From Paraphysomonas bandaiensis (Eukaryota > Protista > Chrysophyceae), in assembly GCA_965644295.1 (NCBI GenBank), contig CBFFRP010000146.1:372001-436000 (forward strand): 64,000 bases of DNA. Reading direction: 5' to 3'. The notes beneath the pieces were generated by a model that worked only from the letters and a program-made list of their open reading frames with translations, was not told where the DNA came from and did no database searches. Shown here one piece after another: positions 1 through 13,804 of this stretch (position 1 is its first letter; each line of letters starts with the position of its first letter). A program made the position numbers and the translations under genes.

Positions 1-133
1 ACACTCAGGACCTTAATACAGAACCCTGTACCTCAGAGCCAGGCGGAACCTTATCCTAAGGGGAGACCCCCGGACAACACGCGCCAGTGAGTCCTCAGAC
101 ACACGAGCAGGGTGAACTCACACACAACATCAA

Positions 134-880
134 GAACGGAAGTGGTTGCACCTTGGTGCTTGCGGCGACGCACAAGCAGCTTCTGTAGCGCTAAATAGTA
201 GGATAATAGAATTTGTGCTGACTAGTTATGGGTAGAGGACTAACTAGTAGATCTAGCATTCAACTAGCCACTGTATCGGAACGAGTTTTTAACGCCTATT
301 GCTAAATAAAAAGACCTTCAATATAAGTGTCACTTGTGTAGACGTAGACGTCTTTGAGTCTTGACACTAATAACAGGTATCTGGGAATGAACCCACGTCG
401 AGGGAATCCGGGGTATCGGGCTTTGAAGTAAGCAGATGTCATGTATATTATATATCAACATTCTGAGTGTAAATTGTTTTTGCTTTGAGTGATAGAGCAA
501 AAGTAGTTGCAGCTTGCTGAAGCACAAGCAGCTTTCGTAGCGCGAAAATAGTAGTATATCAGAGATAAGCACTAGTTAGTTAAATTCTTTTGTTACATTA
601 GTTCTTACTCTTACACACCTATTGCTAGTAATCAGAATTTCACTACAGGCTCACGTTAGTTTTTAAGAGAAAAATCTCCAGTACTTATCCCCAGAACACA
701 ACGAAAAGGTGTGAGTCCGACTTTGTTGAGGGTGCTTGACTATAGATTTTGTAGTTTGATTACCCACCAACTGTTTAGACTTCGTTATCTTCATACTTAA
801 GTCGTAGGAATACGTTCCACAGTGTACAACTACCAATGGTTCCATAGGTCCATAGGACACAATGCATTATCAAAACTGTT
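134..880. repeat. Cluster of fragments of a dispersed repeat family (two same-orientation copies, ~134-318 and ~319-650, plus an inverted fragment ~651-880)
   Basis: Blocks shared with 14780-15365, 44690-44870 and 48675-49420 include GGTTGCACCTTGGTGCTTGCGGCGACGCACAAGCAGCTT and the common end (A)CGCCTATTGCTA(A)T..AGA(C/A)TTTCA. 670-735 (ACTTATCCCCAGAACAC..CGACTTTGTTGAGGG) matches 49260-49313. Confidence 0.75.
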
Positions 881-2289
881 AAGAAACTGAAGTATCACTT
901 CAGAAAGTAACTCACTCTTGTGCTAGGCAACAGTACGTATTTAAGTATATCATTTTTCTGCTATTGACTGGTTAATACATACAAAGCATGCACATGTTCA
1001 CAGCTTCCAAAAAAACACTAATTCTGGTTCAGATTAATGTATACTGTATAATTTACAAGGGCTTCTTAAGCTGTATGCTTAAACTGGTAAAATAACAACA
1101 TTGTCGTATCTGGTATCCATAGTTTCGAAAACATGCTTTATTTGATTAGAGCATAAGACAACGTATAAGCTGAAAAAAAATATTACTGTACTTATATTCC
1201 ACATACGCTCCGATTGGAACACTACCAGTCAAAAAAGAAGCAGCCCATATGGCGAAGGTGCAAAGGTGCGCGCTAGAATATTAAATATAGCTAAATGGGT
1301 TTGTGTGGGAAGGATAATGCCAAAGATTCATGACTGCAATGTCCCTGTCTCTAATATTCCGAACAGCATTTCGGTAATCTGTACTGCAGGAAACAATAAA
1401 TAGTCAAATCTCTCGGGTATGAATTTACATTGTGCTTAATAGTTAGTTTATTAATCTCTTGACACAGTGCAGTATGCTTGTGGTATCTACAAGCACGGCT
1501 AGCCTTAGTCTGCATATGGTTGGAGAATGGTCGAAGAGAAATCCTTCGCTTATTAGGGTCTATCTGCAGAGCCTGTTGTAATAACTCCTTCATGCTATAA
1601 TCAGTATTGAAGACGCTGTTGCAATATGAGGCTATGGACAGTGTATCTCTGTGTCTACCATATCAACCAGTATGTACAAATCTTCTTATAGTGACTATCG
1701 TATGTATGAGAAGAGATCTTATATTACCACATTCAGATTGCAGATATCTATCATATTATTGAGGGTTAGATGTTAGATGTATGATATACTGGAGTAGCTC
1801 TTAAGGGGCGGCATGCATAGTCCTCTACTCGACAGTGCCGTGATCTTGTTTTCAGATATTAAGTATGGAAAATTCCGTATTTCATTACAGATTATTGTCA
1901 TAAAAGCAAATAAAATAGACATTTTTCATTCACATTCTATAATAATATGGATTTTTAGAGACAGTATATTATATACACTGCTGTACATGGAAATCTGATC
2001 CCATATTACGGCCTGTTTGTCCCAGTAGTTTTCAGTTTTTGAGTGTCTGTGTATCCTCGTATCACTGTTAAGGTACATATACATGTATATATATATATAT
2101 ATATATGTATATATAGCAGCCTACTAGCAGCACTGCATTACTATAATAGTTTAATTATTTCATTTGTTAGTAAACTTCTCATCTCTCTTATATTCTATTC
2201 TCATGTCATCAGTTGAAAGGAGTCATCATCAGCTGTATGTGATGATATAAGTACATGCATACATACATACATACATACACACATAAGAT

Positions 2290-5200
2290 ATGAACGTATT
2301 GGAGTCAACACTATCACAAGCAATATCTCTATTTCATCATGGAGAACGACAAGGAGCATATGAGGCATTAGATACATTACTTTCAGATGAGAATCAACCA
2401 GCCAGAGAGATGGAGTTAAACTATGAGTTAGTCAACTCATTAATTGGCCACTGTGTGAATGATCTTATCCAGTCTGATATACCTCTAAAGCTACGTTCTA
2501 TTGAAGTATTGGCTTGGATTTTATCAGATGATTTTTGTGTGTGTGATATTACTAAGAATGAAAAAATATATACGATGGACTCTGCACGTTTATTTGTGGA
2601 AGAGTTATGCACCACTGTGAAAAACCCGAGTGAGGGTGTCGTATGCACTGCACTGTTTCTTATATCTGAACAAACTAGCCCCAATCTCTTTAACGCACAC
2701 AGTCAATCTCTTCTTACGTCTATTATTGCGTGTCTGCACTCTGAGATGAGTCGAAATATCAGGTTGTATTCCTACAAAGCCATTGTATCCATGATAGAGT
2801 GGAAGCTTGTGGACCTCCAGAGTGCATCATCTGCACTCAGTGTATGTGATTCTGTGCTTGACTGGATGAGTGATGACGATAAGTTACGAGCTTCTGCCGT
2901 GGAGCTAGTGGAGAATTTTCCTGGAGAAATGATTCCAGAGACACTCTGTCGCAGTGTGGAAGAACAGACAAAGCCCTTGATGGCCTCGTTGTGGTGAGAT
3001 GACCTACCTCGCAATTGTGTTGTCGTAATCTGTTTGAAATAGTTCGAGGCTAGGGAAGGGGGGTATAAATGTGAAGGACGTGGCGAAGGTATGGCGAGTA
3101 TGGCTTCGATGTATGCAAGGAAGGAATATAGCGCCAGTGCTAAGACTGGGATCTACATCATTAAGCACCACAGGTGTGATTACTGCCCAATTAGACTACC
3201 GTGTTCTTAAATCAACTTAGGGTACGTTCTTCAGCCGTTTGAACTGATATATAGCCTAGACCCCCGCGAAGGGGTTTATTGCTGGAAATCACTCATAGAA
3301 ACCCTGTGCGCAGATGAGGTAAGCTACACAGTTTGTGCATATATCACTAACGCGCACTACACTGCAGAAATGGATGGACAAGAATCCAAAGGTAGTAAAG
3401 CTGGTACTGAGGTTTTTGAACAGTGTCCTATTGCACAATGGCCTATTCGGTAGTCAGGAGAACGAAAAAAGTGCAGCTGGTTATGCAGACAGCATTCAGG
3501 TGGACCTTGTGTTCAAATCTCTTCAATCCCTAGCAAAATGTTCGTGGTAAGCTCGCGCTGTAATCTTTTAGAAAAAAGAGCTGTATTGTGCTTGTGTGAT
3601 AGTACTGTATTGTTCAGGCCAGAACCTAAGAAACTTCTTGATTTCTGCTTTTCGTCTTCCGGCATGAATAGTGACAACAACAGGGCATCCCCCACTACCA
3701 TCGGGGAGATGCTCCACATGCTGCTGGGGAAATGCCAATGGATAGATGACTGCACGGGTTGTGTGGGCATCTTCCGCGTTCTTGAGCAGCGAGTACGGGG
3801 CAATATAGGTTCTGTGGATGACAATCAGTGGGCTCGATTTCTCGAGAGTGACATTGAGATTATTCTACAAGTCGGTAATGTTGTCACAGCCTTTGTTGCT
3901 GATTTGAATTCCGAAAGGAACCTTTCGTCGTCTACAGAAAAAACAAAGTCGAGTACATGCACCCCTATGTCGCTGTTTGAGGAGCGCCCGCAACGTTTCA
4001 ATAGCTATCATACGAACGGCACCCAACTGCAGGAAACTGTCAGCAGTGTTTTAAGACTAATTCAGAACACTATATGTTCTCTAGGAAGAGTCTACAGGTC
4101 AGTATCTCACCATCAGATGTGCCCTTGCACTCGACCTGGCACCAAGCCATGTGCACTCCATAAAAATGGGTGGGATTTCCTGTTATGCCGTGTAGAAACT
4201 GGAATTTGTCAACTAGTTGTGAGCTGGCAGAGTACTTTGGTGTACACTGGGCATTGTCTTGTGTCGATGTCGAATGGCATTGAAGGAGGGGCCTCACGCA
4301 CACCTACTCCTCGTAAGGAATGCAAAGAAAACCGCCAGTCTCCATCCTCTGAGACCAAGTCAATAAGCGAGGATGGGCACACAATACTCACATTTGAGAG
4401 CGATGGTGAGCAGGAGGTTGTGCTCACATCTGCAACTGAATCTACCACTGTTGTGGTAGAAGATATCTTGTCAATACTCCTCTCGGTAAGTATTGCTATG
4501 TGCATTGCAGTGCCATGACGTATGTGCAGATGTGGGAAGACGTATGGTGTGGACAGTTAGGTGTCCAAATGCACCTGCAGCGCGAGCTAATATTAGACTC
4601 TTTTTTATGGTTTTTACATCGTACTTCAGCGTTTGTGTGTGAAGTTGGCGAAGAAAATGTGTCCCGTCTCCATCGAATTGCTGGTGGAATGTATGGGGCT
4701 AGAAAGTACGCCCCACGCGTAGTTATTGCAGCCCAATGGCTGCTCTGTCTTTGTCATGCAGGTATGGTTGACAGCTGTATAGAAAGACGGTGTGAAAGCG
4801 GTGATAGCTGTAATATTAAAGAGGCCAGCAAATGCTGTGGAATTTTGCGCAAAGGAATAGTTCGTTGTATGAGAGGTATCACAGAATCAGTGGCAATACC
4901 TGGACTGTTGAAGTGGCTTCCGTATATGGCTTCTACATGTAGTGAATCGAATACCACGGATAGTCTAGCGCGGGAAATGCTCACCCCGGAATCGGAGACT
5001 GAAAGCGATACAACTAGACATGTTAGAGTAGGAGAATCAAACTTGAGGTCGATTCGAATACACTCCAGTGGTGGTGATATTGGCGACAGTGTGGCTGCTC
5101 TGATATATACGCTGGTTGGAGCCGCTATTTTCCAGTTATCTGAATTATCATTTGATGATAACAGCACAGCGCTATCACAGAGTTTAAGAAAAACTATGGC

Positions 5201-7286
5201 AGAATGCATTCGAAATCTTTTGATGGCTCCGTTTGCACTAATTCGCAAGTCCTGTTTCGGACTACAATACATGTGCCTGGCGACCAATGCGTTTCTCGCT
5301 GAGCCAGATATGAATCGTAGCTTCATATCTCGGGGTGTCGTCATATGGACAAGACTATATAAAATATGGTTGGCATTGGAGACCAGTGTCGAACACATAG
5401 TAGAGGCGTATGGTGGGTTGGGAAATGTTGTGTGCGGTACCTATACCTGCGATCCCCTTGTGGGTAGTGCTGTGACTACTCGCAAGACTGGAATTATAAT
5501 AGCTGCTGAAATCTTAATGGAGGCATCAAAGTGTATGACAGGCGTCACTTCTAACTTATCTTTTCCTTCAAGTCATTACAATACCGAGGTTGCATTGACC
5601 CTTGTAAACGTATGCCTTATGTGGTGGTCTGCTCTAAACAGCAGCTGCATTTCTCTTGCTAGGAGAGTGGGTTCATTTAGTGATAAAGATATAGTATCAA
5701 TTAGGGATTCAGATGGATATGATGCATTGAAAGATCTCACAGCCCAGCAAGTATTTGGAGCTTTGAGCAAAGCTATAAATATATGTCAAGAATCACTGCG
5801 TACCAGCGTAATTGACGTTAAACCTGCCGAAAAGCGGTGTGTGTTTTACTCAAGCACTGGTAAAAGCGAGAGTACAGCGGAATCTCTGGGTTTGGCGAGT
5901 GATGCTAGTTTTATTCAAGGCAACGGACTATATGTTTCGCTGGTTATGATATTCGACATCGTGTTGAAGCTGTGGTGTATAGCAGCTCAACCAGATACGA
6001 GCTTGGATAACGAAGTTATTGGGAATATTTCATCGGAGTTTACTCTTCGGGTGGTTACCTGCTTGACTCAATTCATCAGGGTGTTAGACGACACAAAGAC
6101 ATTGCCACATGGCGGACAATTAGCAGAAATGACTAGCCATTTCACGCAATATTGTTGTCATTTGGCTAGAATTTGTGGACACGAAGAGGTTGTACGCGTC
6201 TCCAATCAGCTCGTTTCTGAGGCCAGGCTACCTGATTCTGCAGCACATGTTGATATGGAGAACATTAATTTCCTTGGGTGTGGCCTATTTGATTTTCGAG
6301 CTCTATGTAACGGTTTCGCACGTAATGTTTCGAATGCATCTAACTCGGATGCCTGCTCAGAAGTAGTACGGAGTGCATCTCCATCAGCTGATGATACTCA
6401 CATCAAGCTAAACACTACACTGACACCGACACCAACCTCCAGGACTGCAGCTCAACTTTTGAACCGCTCTCATGTTGCAACTGCACCTGTTGATACTCTG
6501 GCGGAAGGTAGCTTATCTGGAAAATATATGCAACTCGACGGCAGAAGTGTATCAGACAATGTCTCCCTTCTAGGAAAGCGAATGCAGGAAAGATCTACGC
6601 AAGTGGTTAAACTAACTGATCACATAGAAAACGATTTTGATAGTGTGGAGCGATCCAAAAAAGTTAGACAGTGGGATGTACCGATAACTTATACCAGCTG
6701 TGACAGAGAGAATCTAGCAGCCCAGTCACAGCAACACTCATGCTCGCAGTCCCTCCACACGTTACCTGAGGAGAGAAGTATCCACGACATTGAGCTGCCA
6801 AAAGAGTCGTTCAAACAGCCCAATACCGTGGTGAGTGGGCCTGTAACTACGGATATCTTTGATCATGAGCGCAAGGATTGCGTTACTAATAGGGCCGTTG
6901 AGGGTACGGAGGAATCTCTCACCGGAGTCACTATTGATGTATCCAGTAGAGACCCAGAAAAGAGTAATGGTTCCAACGATTTCACAGTTAAGTTAAATAG
7001 TGTTTTGAGATGCATTCAACATGCCCACTCAAAACTGGACGACTTAAATATATCGAGCGGAGGGACTGATGGTAATCGTATGTGTTCAATAGATGTGTCC
7101 TCTACTACTGGAACACTCGTGGAAAGTGTCGATGATGTCGTTGCGAATGAGGCCACTGCTCTTACCGATGACTGTAAGTCCCACGTTGAGGAACAACTAG
7201 ATTTTGTGCTCGAGAGTTGCAATGAACTCATGGGGAAATTATTGCGAATGCGGTCCTCGTTTAGGAAAGTCGCGAATTTGAAGTAA
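2290..7286 (+). CDS. RIF1: Telomere-associated/replication-timing protein RIF1-like (N-terminal HEAT domain), 6 exons, ~1578 aa
   Basis: GT-AG exons 2290-2993, 3043-3173, 3221-3318, 3368-3546, 3618-4485 and 4530-7286 join into one open frame (4737 nt). Motifs recall Rif1_N: GAYEAL..., 'VCTALFLISEQ' (cf. animal ALWVISKQ) and 'CWKSLIE' (cf. AWKSLID). Long disordered C-terminal half. Confidence 0.65.
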
Positions 7287-7749
7287 AAATTAGATGTGTT
7301 GATACAACTTGTTATATGTGAATATGATACTAATACGGTATTGTGTAGTGTGTTATTCTCTATGTAGTAGTAAAAAACAATAGATTCCGAATTTAGGTAT
7401 GATTGATGATTGAGATTCCAGAATACGTACATTGGTGATTGGTGTTATTTGTACTTGACAGGATCGCGAGCGTGATAGAATTAGGACAGTTCAGTTAATG
7501 CAATCCTCTTCTATGTGGGTGATTCTGAAAACAATTACTAAACTACGCTAATACAAATACTGTGAGAAACTGGCAACTCATAATTAGTTACTAGCTACTA
7601 GAAGAAATAGAATTAGTGTAGTTTTCTCACAACTCGCAGGACTAGTGTAAAACGTAATGCAAATATCTTTACTACGTCATTTCAGCACTTACTTCGTCTT
7701 CGGCTTCAGAAGAATAATCCTTCGGTATGGAGTATACCTATAGTGACAT

Positions 7750-9798
7750 TTAGGCAAAATCAAATGCAGCATTCCTACGTAGTACCTTGGATTCAAATAA
7801 TTTCTCGGGGTAAAACACTGCCACCACAGTTTGCCCATTAAAAGTGCGCCCGTTGACAGCATTACGAGCCTTTGATGCACCTTCAGAGGATGTAAAAGAC
7901 ACAAATATATTCCCCACGCCACTTAGCGTGTCGCTATCGCCCCCATTGCCGCCAGGCCTTGGAATAACAATGTCACGAACAGTGCCGTAGTTGTTACACT
8001 CGTCCCCCACATCCTCCTGTAGCTCCTCATACGCCTCATCATCCTTGAGCTCTTCCACAGTAGTCATATTAGAGAGACACAGAACGGATGTTGGTCGGTG
8101 GTCACGGAGCATGTCCTGCTGGGTCGTTGCGCTTACTGCAGTGCTTCCCGCTGCTCCATTACCTTCTTTCTTCTGAGTCAACAGCACAGAGGCCATTTGT
8201 GGAGGTACACGGGTAATTGAAAGTTTAAAGTCACCTAGGGCAAGACCATTTAACCCCTGGATTGCGCTATCAGTAACGGATTTATTCTTGTACTCTAGCA
8301 CTGCTGCACCTCCTCTGGACACACTTGCATTCACTTTAATAAAATTAAATGCTCGAATCTGAAACAGAATTTATTAATGCTTTAAAACTAGCACATTGAA
8401 CAGGCATGGCAGGCAATATACCTCTCCAAAAGGTTCCAGTAGCTCTCGTACTTGGGCCTCTTCCAGAGCTTCGGGTAAATTGCTGACCATGATCACATCA
8501 GAAGAGGACGATGAGGACTCGCTACTGGAAATACCAGGAATACTACCCGTTCCAATAGCAGTCAATGCTCCGGGTACCATTCCAACACCTAAAGGAATAG
8601 AACCTAAAGCTGACAACGACGCTCCGGTTGGGGCATTAGTCTTGGGGCGTCCCACCCGCAGCTGATAAGCACCACACATTGTTCCACCAAGGTTGTTTAG
8701 ACAAGCTGATGCATCCTCCACAGTGCGAAACTCGACAAATGCATAGTGACCATCCGTACTTATCCACGCACCCACCACAGGGGGGCCAAATGGTGATGCC
8801 ACACATAGTTTCTTCTCCATCATTACTTTGTTTACAAAGTCTGTGAGCTGAGGGATCGAAATGCCGGGCGGAATATTGCCTATGTACACCTCACGCAAAA
8901 GTTTAGTCGCCTGGGACAAGGCTTGAGGGTTGGCCAACCCAGGACCACCAGGTCCTGTAAGTCCCATGCCGTTAGTGGCGTTAATAGCATGTAATCGCTG
9001 TAACGCCTCCGTAACACTAATACCAGGATTCTGTGCAATAATATCCTTCAGAGTCACGCTTGGGCGGTCATCATCTGCCTTCTTATCCGGGGACGCTTCG
9101 CGACGTCTATCACCACGGTCAGGAGAGGATTTATGGCTTCTCTCCTTATCTCGTCGATCGCGGTCTCTAGAACTTCTATCCCTGCTTCGCTCTCTGTCAC
9201 GTCGACGTCGGTCTCTGTCTCCACTGTCGCTTCTCTTTCTGTCCCTGTCCCTCCTCCTGCGCCTCTCGCGACTGTCCTCCCGGTCACGGCTACGGCGACG
9301 ATCCTCCCGATCACGGTCTCGTGACCTATCACGTCGACTCTCTCCACGACTACTGCGGGAACGACGACGCTCGCGACTGTTCTCCCTGTCACGACTCCGC
9401 TCATCCCTGCGTTTATCTTCCTTTCTTGCACTCTTCGATCTACGATCACTGTAACCATTATCATCATTCGATTCTGCATCTTCTGCTTTATCTACATCAC
9501 GACTCTTTGATCGTCTGTCTTTACTACTACGTTTCCTGTCGCGACTCTTCGATCGTCTGCTGTCTCTGTCTCTGTCTCTACTGCGATCACGTGTTTTGCT
9601 ATGATGTTTATGTTTATGTCGCTTACGTTCACGTGATTCCCCTCGTCTTGAGTCTCTGTCTTTATCTCTATGTTTCTTGTCTTTTTTACGGTGTCTGTTT
9701 GAGTCTGTATCACTGATATCTGTAGATGTTACCTTATCTTTATTGTCTGTATGTATAGAGGGACTAGAAGGCTCTTGATGATCATTGCTTTGTTGCAT
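7750..9798 (-). CDS. U2AF2: Splicing factor U2AF large subunit (U2AF65/U2AF2), 2 exons
   Basis: Long RS/RD domain, RRM1 (REVYIGNIP...YAFVEFRT), RRM2 (VIMVSNLP) and C-terminal UHM (VLCLSNM..EELKDDEAYEELQEDVGDECNNYG..GRTFNGQTV). GT-AG intron 8359-8421 joins ORFs 8374..9798 and 7750..8334 in frame (PFGE|IRAFN). Confidence 0.95.
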
Positions 9799-10007
9799 GA
9801 TGTTATAGAGACTGTATATGTGTGTTGGAGAGGTTCAGAAATATGTATAAGGTTATGTGTAGGGTGTATAGGAGGTAGGAAGGGGTTGAGTGTACTGTGA
9901 GATATATGCAGTGAAGAGATCACTATGAATATTAATGCAGAGCAAGCTGCTGGCATACTGCAATACATGGAGGCTAGAAGTATAGAACATGTACAGCAGT
10001 ACTCTGG

Positions 10008-10360
10008 ATGTATGTATGTATGTATGTATGTATGTATGTATGTATGTATGTATGTATGTATGTATGTATGTATGTATGTATGTATGTATGTATGTATGTA
10101 TGTATGTATGTATGTATGTATGTATGTATGTATGTATGTATGTATGTATGCATGTATGTATGTATGTGTGTATGTATGTATGCATGTATGTATGTATGTA
10201 TGTATGTATGTATGTATGTATGTATGTATGTATGTATGTATGTATGTATGTATGTATGTATGTATGTATGTATGTATGTATGTATGTATGTATGTATGTA
10301 TGTATGTATGTATGCATGTATGTATGTATGTGTGTATGTATGTATGCATGTATGTATGTA
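10008..10360. repeat. (TATG)n / (CATA)n microsatellite, ~350 bp
   Basis: Nearly perfect tetranucleotide run with a few CATG/TGTG variants. It lies between the divergent U2AF2 and sulfotransferase-like genes. Confidence 0.98.
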
Positions 10361-10631
10361 GGTAGGTAGGTGGGTATGTACGTATGTATGTATGTATATG
10401 TGGTATGTATGTATCTACGTAGCTATGTATGGTATGCACATACAGCAGTGTGTAGAGTACTCTGCTGTACGTGTATGGAATTTGGGACTTCCAAAACTGC
10501 AGTTTTCCGGACACCAGAAACAATGAGTATATCACACAATCAGAGACTGTTGAATTGCTGCTGCTCTGTCAAAATGAATATAAGTGGTATCATCCGTTGT
10601 TTACTCTGAGTGTTTGCTTTCATATTATTAG

Positions 10632-11582
10632 ATGCAATTGTTGTTTCATTGCATATTTGTACAGTTGATAGCATATGCCTCACTGTGGGTGGTAGCACCA
10701 TTTGAGTGTCCCATAATACACTCTAAATACGAAAAGAAAAAGCTTGAATTAGAAGCTGAGTATCGTGCACGTAATGACAGTGTTTCTATGCTATTTGGAC
10801 ACGTGCATCACGCTGGAGGAACAGCAGTGTGTGCGCTTGCACGTAATAACACTTCAGCAAACCCGAAATTCAATTGTAATCACCCCCTTGAGTTCAAAGG
10901 TGTGGCACCAACTACAGGTTCGATTGCTGAGCAGCTCAAATTTCGCAGCACCACGTCCTGGAAGTTCTATGCCGTCGAACTGAAAATGCCACAGTATATG
11001 AAATTTGGTGGCCCTTTAATTTACTCCATAGTAATTAGACATCCGTATATGCTCCTAGCGTCACAATACAGGCGCGGACAAAGAATTCACAAGTTTCAGG
11101 GAAGTATCACGGACTTGGTTTCCGCGCAATTGTCAAGAGTTGGTACCAGCCAACGTAGTAATAGTAGTCGCATATATACGAACTACTATAGAGGTCTTGC
11201 CGGGTTTATACTTGGTAGGTATGGCCCTACTAATGTCACAGATGATGAGATGCTGAACCGAGCGAAGTATAGATTGGAAAGGTTTTCAGTTATTATCCTT
11301 ACCGAAGAAATGCGTACGACAGGGAAACTGTTCAACATTAAGTTCGGATGGGACACAAGTAACTTTGGTACTCTGTTGGTCAATTCACATGGTGAAACTG
11401 ATGAGCTAGTACAGATGATGCACTCGTTTAACCAGGATGAAAAGTCATTTATTCGTAAACATGCTCTTATAGATATGCAGCTTTATCATTTTGCTCGGTG
11501 TCTCGTACAAAGAGACTTAAGTGTGGTTAATATTTCCTTGCCTGACTACTCATATTATGATGTCGATAATATATTTTCGTAG
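10632..11582 (+). CDS. Sulfotransferase-family protein (Sulfotransfer_2/Gal-3-O-type-like); 5' end uncertain, with a possible upstream exon from ~10475
   Basis: 5'-PSB-like LFGHVHHAGGT, 3'-PB-like IVIRHPY...SQY, then 'AKYRLERFSVIILTEE' and 'LIDMQLYHFA', as in algal membrane sulfotransferases. Hydrophobic N-terminus. Confidence 0.7.
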   Translation: MQLLFHCIFVQLIAYASLWVVAPFECPIIHSKYEKKKLELEAEYRARNDSVSMLFGHVHHAGGTAVCALARNNTSANPKFNCNHPLEFKGVAPTTGSIAEQLKFRSTTSWKFYAVELKMPQYMKFGGPLIYSIVIRHPYMLLASQYRRGQRIHKFQGSITDLVSAQLSRVGTSQRSNSSRIYTNYYRGLAGFILGRYGPTNVTDDEMLNRAKYRLERFSVIILTEEMRTTGKLFNIKFGWDTSNFGTLLVNSHGETDELVQMMHSFNQDEKSFIRKHALIDMQLYHFARCLVQRDLSVVNISLPDYSYYDVDNIFS

Positions 11583-12963
11583 TCTTTTTGATATTACAAT
11601 AATAAAAGAAGTGCGTATTCATTTACCAAATATTTTTTCTTTGATATTATTAAGAGTACATAATTTTCTTATATATAAGGAATCTACAACCGTATAACTT
11701 ATAATTGCATCTACCTTCAGATGTTTGCAGTCACTTTCACCTCACAGCTAGGAAAGCCGCAAGGAAACTATACATAAATAACTTATTAGAAGTCTACATG
11801 CAATGCAATTACTTTAGATGAGCTATAACTGTCTCACGATTGCATATTTCTGTGCGCTAGATAACGGTAGGAACGTAGTTGCGAAAACGAATTATGTCAA
11901 ATTAGATGGAAATATTATTAAACCTAGTCAATTGGCTAAATTACCTTTCCACGCAAATTTAGTAATAAACACTAATTTAGTCAAAGTAATAAACAATTCA
12001 ACCTAGTCGTTATTATATCCATTGGTTACACATTGTGACTGCCGAAGATAAGATACTTGCTCACACCTCACAACATATCAATAGCTTGTAGAGCATTAAA
12101 ACAAACATTCAAACACAACAATTAATTCCTATATACATATCTACTTAACACAGAGTATGTATATCCAGCTCATCTATATAGCTTATTAGTATATAACGGT
12201 GGGTCCCTTGTCATTGTTATGAGGAAGTGGAGGGTCAATGAAGCCATCGACATCTAAATCTAAAGGCATATCTTCATGTGCTATGAGTAATGGCGTTCAT
12301 CTTCCTTCACTTCTCCACATAAACAACTTCGATGACTGAAATTTAACCTGGTATAAAAACACACAATATCAGGAGAAATAAGTTAACTAACTAACATCAG
12401 CAGCAGGCTGATGCAATAGATATGACTTGTCATCATGTACAATAAGACGAACGTTACTGAAAAATAAAGATGGGACCGATTTCCATGTTTTCTGTGAGTC
12501 CTACAACCTCACAAACAAGGGAATGATTATGCTGTCAGCTAATAGTAACTTAACGAAGATAGTAGCCCTCGTACTGCCTGTAGAGTGTGGGCGGTATCTC
12601 TCCAACAGACATTGTGACATTGGGGTCTGAAAACAGATGATTTTTTATGGACTCACAACATATCTCATAAAAACCATCAATTTAAAATAAAAAATATTAG
12701 AGTTTTTACGAAATGGACAAGAGTGTATAGAATATTGAAGCATGAAGGACGCACAAGTCGCTCGAAGTGGGAAGATATGAAGTGAAAGTATGATCGAAGT
12801 GAACGTCAGTGAATATAAAGAGAATATACATACACATATATATGAGTCATACCTACATCCATCTTTCATTAACTCACTGCATATATATACACATATACAA
12901 TCACTATCCATAACACTCACACTCAGATTATCACACTCCAACAATCCCCCTTCTTTATCCATC

Positions 12964-13804
12964 ATGTCCCCTCGTCGATCCATAAGAAAACGTAAGCAAC
13001 CCTCATATTATAATCCCGATACAATCGAAACAAACAAATCAACTAAGAAACTTAACATACCAACACAACACATACATATTCATACAGAAACATCTGATAT
13101 ACCACATAGAAGATCAAATGGTGAACTTGTTTTCTTTGATTATCCTCATTTTCGTCCCAATATGACACCCGCAGAAGTTATACAGTCTGGTTCATTTGGT
13201 GGTACATATTTCAGGCCTATTTATAGTAATATTACAAAGAATTATTATCATTCAGAGGCATGGAAAGAGTTACCATCTGATTGGTTAGAGGGTTTAGATA
13301 TAGACACTGTCGTGGCATCACCGACATATGATATTAATATCAATACATATGGTGTGAAGTGTGGTCAAGGGCTTGAAGAATGGGAAAATTCTGGCTGGAT
13401 AACATCTGTTGATCCTTATGGATGGTTTCAATGGTACTGTAGATTTTATCAGGGGAGAAGATGCGATGATGATGAACGGCAAATTCAACGTGGTATGGGA
13501 GTCATGGTAAGTTAATACAATGTTTTATAAATCTTGCTATTTATTTAAATTTTTTTCACTTGAATTAAGGGCCCTAGAGGTCGCTGGAAAAGATTCATTG
13601 TTAACAAATGCAATGCGTCAGGTCTACCTCCGGAAGAAGCGTTGGTAGATTACAGCATTTCACCCAAGGTTCGGCAGTTGCTGCAGGTACGATGTAAATA
13701 GTGTATGATATATGTGCGTCGTTATACGTAGTAATTTTTTACAGTGTTCTCATTCTTATTTTTAGCACTGGGCATATAAAATCACATTGTCAGATTTGAA
13801 ATGA
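12964..13804 (+). CDS. Conserved uncharacterised protein (FRPN.TP...GSFGGTYFRPI / DPYGWFQWYCRFY.GRR..DDERQ family), 3 exons
   Basis: Exons 12964-13506, 13570-13686 and 13766-13804 (GT-AG) give ...GVM|GPRGRW...SISPKVRQLLQ|HWAY*, completing the family's recognisable C-terminal motif. Basic N-terminus. Confidence 0.85.

Noticed and set aside
1351-1700. Kinase C-lobe-like phrase KELLQQALQIDPNKR on the minus strand
   Set aside because: No other kinase motifs and no coherent exon chain; at most a decayed fragment.
4840-6680. PP1-docking SILK/RVxF motifs expected in RIF1
   Set aside because: Only an isolated GILR; no convincing RVxF found by eye, so no claim is made.
8396-9716. Antisense and alternative-frame ORFs over U2AF2
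   Set aside because: Shadows of the low-complexity RS domain.
9729-10609. ORFs of HTYI / MYVC repeats
   Set aside because: Translations of the (TATG)n microsatellite, not genes.
12180-12640. Exon-like fragments (minus 12187-12350; plus ORF 12427..12630)
   Set aside because: In-frame stop, no recognisable family, no consistent gene model.
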